Shown piece by piece: positions 35,917 through 43,730 of a stretch of DNA of 45,618 nucleotides. The notes beneath the pieces were generated by a model. It was not told where the DNA came from, did no database searches, and saw nothing but the letters and a program-made list of their open reading frames with translations. Source of the stretch: Planctomycetota bacterium (lineage in GTDB: Bacteria > Planctomycetota > JACOTG01 > JAJDCM01); the NCBI GenBank assembly GCA_029260825.1, contig JAJDCM010000176.1, positions 1-45,618 of the forward strand, written 5' to 3'. Both the position numbers and the translations under genes were made by a program. Position 1 is the stretch's first letter. Every line of letters starts with the position of its first letter.

Positions 35917-38766
35917 GTGAAGACCCTGGAAACCTCCGTCTATTTCGGCCCCAGCCTGTATGCACATTTCCCCGTCATTCGTTTGACCCTGGATCTGGGC
36001 GCGCTGGAAGAATGGCCTTCCGCAAAACTGGGTTCCGATTTCACCTCGAATCTCATCGACAGCCTTCCCGGCCTCAAAGAACACGGATGCTCGTACGGGG
36101 AACCCGGTGGATTCGTGAGGCGCCTCACCGAAGACGACGGAACCTGGTTGGGTCACGTGCTCGAACACTGCGCGATCGAGCTCCAGTGCGTCGCCGGAAT
36201 CGACGTCACCTTTGGCAAGACCCGATCTACCGGAGACCCGGGCTGCTATCACGTTGTCTACGAGTACGAACAGGAAGAGGTCGGGCTGGAAGCAGGAAAG
36301 CTTGCCCTGTTACTTCTTGACTCCCTCCTTCCAGAAGAACTTCAAGACCCAGGACTCCGACCCGATGACTGGACGTTCGCGGAAGAGCGGGACGAGTTCA
36401 TCCGGTTTGCTCAGCGTAGAGCTCTTGGACCCAGTACATCCTCTCTCGTCAAGGCCGCACGGGAGCGGGACATTCCCTGCCTCCGACTCAACCGCTACAG
36501 CCTGGTTCAACTCGGCCATGGGATCCTCCAGAAGCGAATCCAGGCCACCGTCACCGGAGAAACCCGGCATATCGCGGTCGATATCGCTTCTGACAAGGAA
36601 GAAACCAACAAGATTCTCGGTGATCTTGGGCTTCCGGTTGCCAGACAACGGCTCGTTTATGGGGAGCGGGAAGCGGTGCGGGCGGGCCGACGTATCGGTT
36701 ATCCCGTGGTCGTAAAACCGCTGAACGCAAACCACGGCCGGGGCGTGTCCACCCGCTTGACCGAAGAAGAGCAGGTCGCCAAGGCATATCATCAGGCAAG
36801 AGAACACAGCCGCACCGTCATCGTAGAGAGTTTTATCGAAGGCTTCGATCATCGCATGCTCGTCGTGGATGGAAACCTCATCGCGGTTTCTCAGAGAATG
36901 CCGGGCCATGTTAAGGGCGACGGAAAGCACACGATCGAAGAGCTCCTTGAAGAAACCAATCAAGATCCGCGTCGAGGAATCGGACACGAAAAGGTCCTGA
37001 CGCGCATGGATCTGGACCATCAAGCACTTCGACTCCTCGAACAAAACGGGTACGACCAAACGAGCGTCCCTCCCGAGGGAACCGTTGTCTTTCTTCGGTC
37101 CACAGGAAACCTGTCCACCGGTGGAACCGCCATCGACAAGACCGACGTCGTCCACCCGGACAATCGGGAAATGGCGATGCGCGCCGCCAAGGCAATCGGC
37201 CTTGACGTGGCGGGAATCGACTTCCTGACCACCGACATCTCTCAATCTTTCAAGGAAACAGGAGGCGCAATTTGTGAAGTCAATGCGGCTCCCGGCTTTC
37301 GCATGCACGTGGCTCCAAGCGAGGGAGAACCTCGAGATGTGGCCGGCCCGGTCATGGACATGCTCTTCCCCCCCGGAACACCCACCCGGATTCCCATTGC
37401 CTCTATCACCGGAACCAATGGAAAAACAACCACCACTCGCATGCTCGCCCACATCTTCAAGATGACGGGAAAAACCGTGGGAGTTGCCACCACAGATGGA
37501 GTGTATATCGGTGGACACCGCACGGTTGAAGGTGACATGACCGGCCCGTTTGCTTCCCGCATGGTGCTTCGCGATCCCTCGGTTGAGGTCGCTGTTCTGG
37601 AAACCGCGCGAGGTGGTCTCCTTCGCCGTGGAATGGGTTATCGAAGCTGCAACGTCGGTGCTTGCCTCAACGTTCAGGCCGATCACCTGGGCCTTCGTGG
37701 CGTCAACACCCTGGACGATCTTGCCGCGGTGAAGAGAGTTGTCGTTGAAATAGCAAAAGATACAGCCGTTCTCAACGCGGACGACCCCCAGTGCCTGCGA
37801 ATGGCCGACTATACAAAAGCCAAGCAGGTCTGCTATGTGACCATGGACCACAACCACCAGCTCGTCAAAGAGCACATCGGCGCCGGTGGCATGGCCGTGG
37901 TTCTTGAGCAAGGGATTCAGGGCCAGATGATCACCCTCTATGATCAGGGGGCCCATCTTCCTCTCCTCTGGAGTCATCAGATTCCGGCAACTCTCGAGGG
38001 TCGGGCCGTTCACAACGTTCAGAACGCCATGTTCGCCGCGGGGATGGCTCATGCCATGAGCACCTCTCTCGAAGACATCCGCCACGGATTGCAGACATTC
38101 GACACCACCTACTTCCAGGCACCCGGCCGCCTGAACGTCTTTGACGATCATCCTTTCAAGGTTATTCTCGACTACGCCCACAACCCTGCCGCCATCAACA
38201 GCATGGTGAACCTCACGCAAAAGCTCGATCCCAAGGGACGAAAAATTGCCGTGGTTGCGATGCCAGGAGACCGTCGAGACGAAGACATCGCCGAGACTGC
38301 CCGTCTCATTGCCGGTCAGTTCGATCATTACATCTGCCGCCGGGACGATTCCCTTCGTGGAAGGGAGCCGGATGAAGTCCCTCGACTTCTACAAGATGGA
38401 CTCCTCTCCGCCGGTGTCTCCAAGGAGCAGATCCAGATCATTCCTGAAGAACACGAGGCCGTAACCACGGCTCTTCAGATGGCAAGAAAGGACGATCTCG
38501 TTCTTCTCTTCGGCGACAATATTGATCGCTGCTGGGAACAAATCACCCAGTTCCGACCCGAAGACGGAGCGACCTCAACCCCTGACGAACAATCTACTTC
38601 ATTGTCTGGTTCTGGTTCCCCCACCCCCTGGGTGACCGATGATGCTGGTGCATCACTTCGAGTCCCCAAAGAAGCCAAGGGGAGTACCTCTCCCGGAGGA
38701 AGTAGCGAAACAAACTGGGTGAGAGATGAGAGGGGCGTGCGGCTCGCCCGGGAGTCCGATGACTGA
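35917..38766 (+). CDS. cphA: Cyanophycin synthetase (CphA1-type: N-domain + ATP-grasp + Mur-ligase-like domain)
   Basis: N-domain MKTLETSVYFGPSLYAHFPVIRLTLDL. ATP-grasp core (IGYPVVVKPLNANHGRGVS ... EVNAAPGF). Mur-ligase P-loop ITGTNGKTTTTRMLAHIF plus the ETARGGLLRRG and LNADDP motifs. GTG start at 35917 with GAGG 9 nt upstream; an alternative GTG is at 35908. An 80-aa low-complexity C-terminal tail is present. Confidence 0.85.
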   Translation: MKTLETSVYFGPSLYAHFPVIRLTLDLGALEEWPSAKLGSDFTSNLIDSLPGLKEHGCSYGEPGGFVRRLTEDDGTWLGHVLEHCAIELQCVAGIDVTFGKTRSTGDPGCYHVVYEYEQEEVGLEAGKLALLLLDSLLPEELQDPGLRPDDWTFAEERDEFIRFAQRRALGPSTSSLVKAARERDIPCLRLNRYSLVQLGHGILQKRIQATVTGETRHIAVDIASDKEETNKILGDLGLPVARQRLVYGEREAVRAGRRIGYPVVVKPLNANHGRGVSTRLTEEEQVAKAYHQAREHSRTVIVESFIEGFDHRMLVVDGNLIAVSQRMPGHVKGDGKHTIEELLEETNQDPRRGIGHEKVLTRMDLDHQALRLLEQNGYDQTSVPPEGTVVFLRSTGNLSTGGTAIDKTDVVHPDNREMAMRAAKAIGLDVAGIDFLTTDISQSFKETGGAICEVNAAPGFRMHVAPSEGEPRDVAGPVMDMLFPPGTPTRIPIASITGTNGKTTTTRMLAHIFKMTGKTVGVATTDGVYIGGHRTVEGDMTGPFASRMVLRDPSVEVAVLETARGGLLRRGMGYRSCNVGACLNVQADHLGLRGVNTLDDLAAVKRVVVEIAKDTAVLNADDPQCLRMADYTKAKQVCYVTMDHNHQLVKEHIGAGGMAVVLEQGIQGQMITLYDQGAHLPLLWSHQIPATLEGRAVHNVQNAMFAAGMAHAMSTSLEDIRHGLQTFDTTYFQAPGRLNVFDDHPFKVILDYAHNPAAINSMVNLTQKLDPKGRKIAVVAMPGDRRDEDIAETARLIAGQFDHYICRRDDSLRGREPDEVPRLLQDGLLSAGVSKEQIQIIPEEHEAVTTALQMARKDDLVLLFGDNIDRCWEQITQFRPEDGATSTPDEQSTSLSGSGSPTPWVTDDAGASLRVPKEAKGSTSPGGSSETNWVRDERGVRLARESDD

Positions 38767-40504
38767 ATCGCCCCCCCTCCTCATGAAGGATTCCCGTCGA
38801 CTCACCGGACCCAACATGATCTGGGATCATCCCGGTGCGGTCATCGACGTCGCGGGAGAAGATTCCAGCATCGAATCTCTCATTGATGCCTGGAAAACCG
38901 AAGCCCGGCGTATCCTGAAAGCTGTCGGCTTTGATCAAGAAACAACTGGCGTTCGTCGTTTCCAGGGAGGAGCGAGCCTGGCTCTTAGTGCTCCGATCGA
39001 TGCCCTTTATGCAGCCACCGAGGTGAATGAGTGGGCGTTTCACTCCGCTTGCAAATCTCTCGGCTTCGACACCGGCGAAACCCCCGTTCCTCCCATTGCC
39101 GAAGCTACCGATCAGCTTCGCTCCATCATCGAAGAGGAACGCAACCCAGCGCTCCTCGCCCTCCGGCAGGCAGCCGTTGACAATCAAGTTGCGTTTCTTA
39201 CCGATGATGACGAAGCATCGATCGGGATGGGAATCGGTTCACGTCGATTTGAAGTCTCGGACCTTCCAGATCCCAACGACCTCGACTGGTCGACCATTCA
39301 TAACATCCCCGTCGCTCTTGTCACCGGCACCAACGGAAAGACAACCACCGTTCGATTGCTATCCGCAATGGCAAAAGAAGCCGGTCACGTGTACGGCTGC
39401 TGCTCCACCGATGGAATCCTGGTCAACGGAAAGGTCGTTTCTCCTGGAGACTACTCGGGTCCAGGTGGCGCGCGAACCGTGTTGCGTCACCCGGATGTAA
39501 CTCTCGCCATTCTTGAAACAGCCCGGGGAGGCCTTCTTCGTCGCGGGCTCGGGGTGGGTGAGAATCCGGTCTCTTGCTCCCTCGTAACGAACATCGGAGC
39601 CGATCACCTCGGGGAGTTCGGGGTCGCCGACCTCGATGCTCTCGCCGACACAAAACTCATCGTGCGCCGGGCGGTCAAGAAGCCAGGTCGGCTCATCCTG
39701 AATGCGGACGACCCCATCCTGAGTGCGAAGGCATCCGCTCTCGATCTTCCCCTTGCATGGTTCACCCTGAAAGAAAGCCATCCGCTCGTTGAGCCTCACG
39801 TGGCACGAGGCGGAACGGCAGCCTGGATCGAAGAGAAGTGCTTCTGGCTTTCAACGGAAGGGAAGATCCAGAAAATCGGCTCGGTGAACAAGGCTCCGAT
39901 CACTTACAACGGCGCTGCCCATCACAACATGGCCAATGCTCTTTCCGCAATCTTGGTCGCCTCCCACCTGGGTCTCTCCTCCGAGGAAATCAAGGCGGGT
40001 CTTGCAAGTTTCGAGAATACACCCGAGCAGAACCCGGGCCGTGGAAATCTCTTCCACCTGGGTGGTGTCCAGATCCTGGTCGACTTTGCCCACAATCCAC
40101 ATGGGTGCGAGGCCCTCATTACCATGGCCTCCAAAATGCCCGCCGAGCGACGCCTCATCATTCTTGGTCAGGCCGGTGACCGGGACAATGAATCCATTCT
40201 CGAAATGGTTCGGGTCTGCTGGAACGCTCGCCCTGACCGAATCCTAGTGAAAGAAATGCTTCCCTTTCTGAGAGGGCGGGAACCCGGAGAGATCCCTGCC
40301 CTGATTCATCAGGAGCTCACCCGAGTCGGAGCTCCGGAAGACGCAATCGGCCATGCCGGCTCGGAATTAGAGGCGATCCATGAAGCGCTGGCCTGGGCAA
40401 AGCCGGGCGACTTGCTATTGCTCCTGGTTCACGCCGAAAGGAAGGCAGTGCTGGAGCTGATGGCGAAGTTGGAAAAAGAAGGGTGGAAGCCCCGACACGA
40501 CTGA
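38759..40504 (+). CDS. Truncated cyanophycin-synthetase paralog: CphA N-domain fused directly to a Mur-ligase-like domain, with no ATP-grasp domain
   Basis: MKDSRRLTGPNMIWDHPGAVIDV aligns with the CphA N-terminus (MK...GPN.W). About 190 aa later comes VTGTNGKTTTVRLLSAMAKE (P-loop), then ETARGGLLRRG, NIGADHLG and LILNADDP, as in the CphA M-domain. No RimK/ATP-grasp motifs lie between them. ATG at 38759 overlaps the cphA stop by 8 nt; an alternative ATG at 38783 matches the CphA N-terminus exactly. Confidence 0.7.
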   Translation: MTESPPLLMKDSRRLTGPNMIWDHPGAVIDVAGEDSSIESLIDAWKTEARRILKAVGFDQETTGVRRFQGGASLALSAPIDALYAATEVNEWAFHSACKSLGFDTGETPVPPIAEATDQLRSIIEEERNPALLALRQAAVDNQVAFLTDDDEASIGMGIGSRRFEVSDLPDPNDLDWSTIHNIPVALVTGTNGKTTTVRLLSAMAKEAGHVYGCCSTDGILVNGKVVSPGDYSGPGGARTVLRHPDVTLAILETARGGLLRRGLGVGENPVSCSLVTNIGADHLGEFGVADLDALADTKLIVRRAVKKPGRLILNADDPILSAKASALDLPLAWFTLKESHPLVEPHVARGGTAAWIEEKCFWLSTEGKIQKIGSVNKAPITYNGAAHHNMANALSAILVASHLGLSSEEIKAGLASFENTPEQNPGRGNLFHLGGVQILVDFAHNPHGCEALITMASKMPAERRLIILGQAGDRDNESILEMVRVCWNARPDRILVKEMLPFLRGREPGEIPALIHQELTRVGAPEDAIGHAGSELEAIHEALAWAKPGDLLLLLVHAERKAVLELMAKLEKEGWKPRHD

Positions 40505-40541
40505 GGGCAAGATAAAAAGAGAGTCAGAAGGAAAGGACCAG

Positions 40542-40605
40542 CTCCTGTTCCCTGACAATCGAATTCTGACGCCGCCTACAGTCATCGACGATCGAGGAAC
40601 AGGAG
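40542..40605. repeat. 10-bp perfect inverted repeat (CTCCTGTTCC ... GGAACAGGAG) with 44-nt spacer, 3' of the cphA paralog
   Basis: Seen directly in the 193-nt gap between the convergent genes ending at 40504 (+) and 40697 (-). Confidence 0.3.
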
Positions 40606-40696
40606 AGGCCACTTACGCATAGCTCTACCGTTCCTATTGTGTCGAACGAGCCCCAATAGTTGTTGCAACGTTGTAATATCGGAAAAAATCCGCCGG

Positions 40697-42520
40697 TCAG
40701 CGCCCGACAACCTCAACTTCCGAAAGCCCGACTACGCTACTACCCCTGGCTCCGTGATAGACCTCCAGAATCTCGATCTTGATGGAACCAACCGGCTTTC
40801 TCCGGGGAAGTTCGAGCACCGCTTTTATCACATCATCTTGATCCGGAAAAAGAACCTTGTAGGAGTTTCGTCCGTTGAGGGTCACCAGAACAAGCTTGGG
40901 ACGAGCCCTGCCATGGTCGGAGCGCCTGGCTCGAGATGGGCTCAAGAGGATCTTCTTCACGGGAACCGGACGGGGCAACTTGACCGAGATCCAGGGGTCA
41001 GTATCACTCTTTCGACATTCCCAGAAGGTCGCCAAATAATTGTCAAACGCAGACGGACCCGACACGTTATCTCCTGCCCGGGATGAAGCTGTAACCACGA
41101 GATCTTGTCTGGCCAAAAGGTTGCGAGTCGAGTCCGAAGCATACTCGAGAAGGTGGGGCTCTTTGACACCCTGGATGGAAACCAAGAGAACATCACTCTT
41201 CACACGCAAAGAGCCAGACTCCGCCTCGCACCAGACCTCCCACTTCGCCGTGCGGTCAAACTCATGGCGAATGGCAAACCCATTCGCGTGATCCTTCGAT
41301 TTCCCAAGAAGCAAGCGCTGACCTTCCCTCCCCGGAAATCGACAGAAATACTCGACGGCCTCGACCACCAGTTCACTCTTTTCCGTCCAGAGGGTGAGAG
41401 GAGTATCTCCCGAAGCACGCAGAACCAGGTCCTTGATCGTAGCTTTTGCTCGATAGACGCGTGTACCGGCCAGCGCCGATGTTCGCTTCAAAGTGGATCG
41501 CCGCAGAAAGAGAAGAGCCATGCAGGTTCGAAGCTCGGCCATCTGTGCAAGAGAGGGATCAAACTTCGCCGGATCGATCTCGCTGTACCAGTTCCCTGCC
41601 TTCTTTTGATTCTTGATCAAGTACTCGGCGCCCTCCCGATACCAATCGTGAGTGCCAATGGTCTTGACGCCAAGAAGGGAGCCAACACGCTCATAACCCC
41701 AAAGATGAAAATAATGCCATGAGCGGGCCGGAGGATTGTGCTTCAAAGTGAAGTTGTTGCCGAGCCAGAGAAGAGCCCCGTCCTGCTTCTTCTTCAGAGC
41801 TTTTTGCTCTCCACCGGAAAGGCGCTTTCCCAGACGAACCCGACAGATCTCGAGGATGGTGATGCCCGCGGCGCTCATGGACCCACACGAAGAAGCTCCT
41901 TCTTGATAGGAGAATCCCTGCTCGACAGCTCGCCCGCCTTCGGGAAGCTCGACCATCCTCGGCTCGGCAAGGCAAAGGAGGGTGCCGGAAAGGAGAGATC
42001 TCCAGACACTCGAGGGTATCTTGATTCCCTGCTCAGCGGCGATATCGAACGCCAGCGCGACAAAAAGCGAATTGGAGAGGTCCTCCGCTCCGTTTGGATA
42101 AGCGTAAAGCCCTGAATCCGGCATCCATTCCAGGAGATCCTCGGCGACATCCTTCATCCACCGGGAATGAGTCTTATCCCCGGTAGCCCCGAGCGCCATG
42201 AGCAAAGACGACCCATCGTAGGTGTTCCTCGGAGTCTTCGTCCCCAGGAACTTGAGCCCTCTTTCGATGGCAGGGTGATCAGTAGAAAGACCACTTCTCA
42301 GCAATGTGAACAGGATCAACGGAGAGACACCGCATTCGTACCCTTTTGCCCAACCCGCCCAAGAACCGTCAATGAGCTGTCGATCCAAAAGAAAGTCGAT
42401 TCCCTTTTGAATCGTTGCCTTTACACGTACGTCAAGATCATCTTGCGCCCAGGCCTTCGTACCCGGAGAAAGAAGGAGAGTAGAGCCGGCCAGAATCAGC
42501 GAGATCATTCTTGAGGTCAT
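40697..42520 (-). CDS. Secreted prenyltransferase/squalene-oxidase-repeat (terpene-cyclase-like alpha/alpha toroid) protein with C-terminal discoidin (F5/8 type C)-like domain
   Basis: ATG at 42520 gives the signal peptide MTSRMISLILAGSTLLLSPGTKAWAQ. Repeated QxxDGSW-type motifs (DRQLIDGSWAG, KNQKKAGNWY). The C-terminal 150 aa resemble a galactose-binding/discoidin domain. The alternative ATG at 42568 adds 16 aa before the signal peptide. Confidence 0.55.
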   Translation of the reverse strand: MTSRMISLILAGSTLLLSPGTKAWAQDDLDVRVKATIQKGIDFLLDRQLIDGSWAGWAKGYECGVSPLILFTLLRSGLSTDHPAIERGLKFLGTKTPRNTYDGSSLLMALGATGDKTHSRWMKDVAEDLLEWMPDSGLYAYPNGAEDLSNSLFVALAFDIAAEQGIKIPSSVWRSLLSGTLLCLAEPRMVELPEGGRAVEQGFSYQEGASSCGSMSAAGITILEICRVRLGKRLSGGEQKALKKKQDGALLWLGNNFTLKHNPPARSWHYFHLWGYERVGSLLGVKTIGTHDWYREGAEYLIKNQKKAGNWYSEIDPAKFDPSLAQMAELRTCMALLFLRRSTLKRTSALAGTRVYRAKATIKDLVLRASGDTPLTLWTEKSELVVEAVEYFCRFPGREGQRLLLGKSKDHANGFAIRHEFDRTAKWEVWCEAESGSLRVKSDVLLVSIQGVKEPHLLEYASDSTRNLLARQDLVVTASSRAGDNVSGPSAFDNYLATFWECRKSDTDPWISVKLPRPVPVKKILLSPSRARRSDHGRARPKLVLVTLNGRNSYKVLFPDQDDVIKAVLELPRRKPVGSIKIEILEVYHGARGSSVVGLSEVEVVGR

Positions 42521-42725
42521 GGACGGATTATACGCCAGCACCGGTTGATTCAGGGGCAGATCCCCCATCCCGAGCCCTCTTTTGTCATCAAAACATCAAA
42601 AAACAAATATTTGAGTTCCTTCGATGAGACCCCATCCCTCTACAATAGAACGGGTGATGAGAAGCAGTATTACCGTACACCCATGAGACAGGCTCTACAT
42701 CCATGGGCACAACAGGAGGCTTCCC

Positions 42726-43685
42726 GTGAGAGATCCACAGAAACTCTCTTTGAACAACCTCAAGAACATGGTGCAAGAACTGAGCAAAAAGACTTCGTCG
42801 GCCAACAACAACGCCAGTTCGGAGGAGCTACTTGGCTACCTTCGCGGAACATTGACGCCCGTCCAGCGAAGGAGAGTCGACGAATCTTTGAGAAAGGACA
42901 AGGAGCTACGCTCCCTCTTTCGCAAACTCGAAAAAGCCGACCGCCCGATGCGTAGAACATCCCTGGTCCTTGGAACCACCGCTGTCACTGCCGCACTTGT
43001 TGTTGCCTCCGTCTGGCTCGTCATTTTCACGAACCACCGCCAGAAAGTTGACCTTGCGGAAAAAGCCCTTTTTCGAGGTGACTTCGCTCAAGCCGACCAA
43101 CGTCTTATCGATCTCACTTCGACTCCGGAAGGTTGGTCTCCCCGAGAAAGTGCTCTTCGGTCCAAGAGCAAGGCAACGAACCTGCATCTTGTTTCTCCCC
43201 GAGGACTTTGTCTTCCGGTCAAGCCGGACCTCCGCTTCATCGCCTCGTTGGAGGCGGGACCTTTTGTTGTCACGCTGCGAGACCAAACCGACGTTGTCGT
43301 TCTGGAACATCGAGGCCGGGAACATTTCGTGCCCTGGACAGACACGACACCCGGCTTGATCCGGGGGCAATCGTATTCTCTGGTGATCGAAGATCTGTCG
43401 GGCCGTTCCCGAACCAACACAACGATCTTTACCGTGTCAGGGCTTTCAACCGAAAAGAGAATTCGCTCCATTCTTGAAGAATCCTGCGATGGAATTTCAA
43501 GCCTTCCCCTGCGTCACTTCGTCCGCGCTCGACTGCTTGCCCGGGAACGGGTTTTCGGGGATGCCTCCGAAGAAATTCGCTCTCTCCTTACCCATATCCC
43601 CGAAGAAAAGCGAACCGACCTGGAAGCATTCCTGATTCTCAACGACGCCCCGGAACTTGCTCTCTCTCTGAAGCCTCTTCCCTGA
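42726..43685 (+). CDS. Hypothetical single-pass membrane protein (anti-sigma-like N-terminal segment)
   Basis: GTG at 42726 with AGGAGG 6 nt upstream. TM helix SLVLGTTAVTAALVVASVWLVIF at about residues 80-102. The N-terminal LLGYLRGTLTPVQRRRVDESL resembles anti-sigma N-domains but lacks Cys. Confidence 0.45.
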   Translation: MRDPQKLSLNNLKNMVQELSKKTSSANNNASSEELLGYLRGTLTPVQRRRVDESLRKDKELRSLFRKLEKADRPMRRTSLVLGTTAVTAALVVASVWLVIFTNHRQKVDLAEKALFRGDFAQADQRLIDLTSTPEGWSPRESALRSKSKATNLHLVSPRGLCLPVKPDLRFIASLEAGPFVVTLRDQTDVVVLEHRGREHFVPWTDTTPGLIRGQSYSLVIEDLSGRSRTNTTIFTVSGLSTEKRIRSILEESCDGISSLPLRHFVRARLLARERVFGDASEEIRSLLTHIPEEKRTDLEAFLILNDAPELALSLKPLP

Positions 43686-43730
43686 CTCCTTTTTCCGCCC
43701 CCTCTCCGGTCACCGTTACACAAAGACGAA

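Noticed and set aside
36310-38328. 672-aa ORF on the - strand
   Set aside because: It is antisense to cphA, whose frame carries clear ATP-grasp and Mur-ligase motifs. The antisense translation has no domain signatures.
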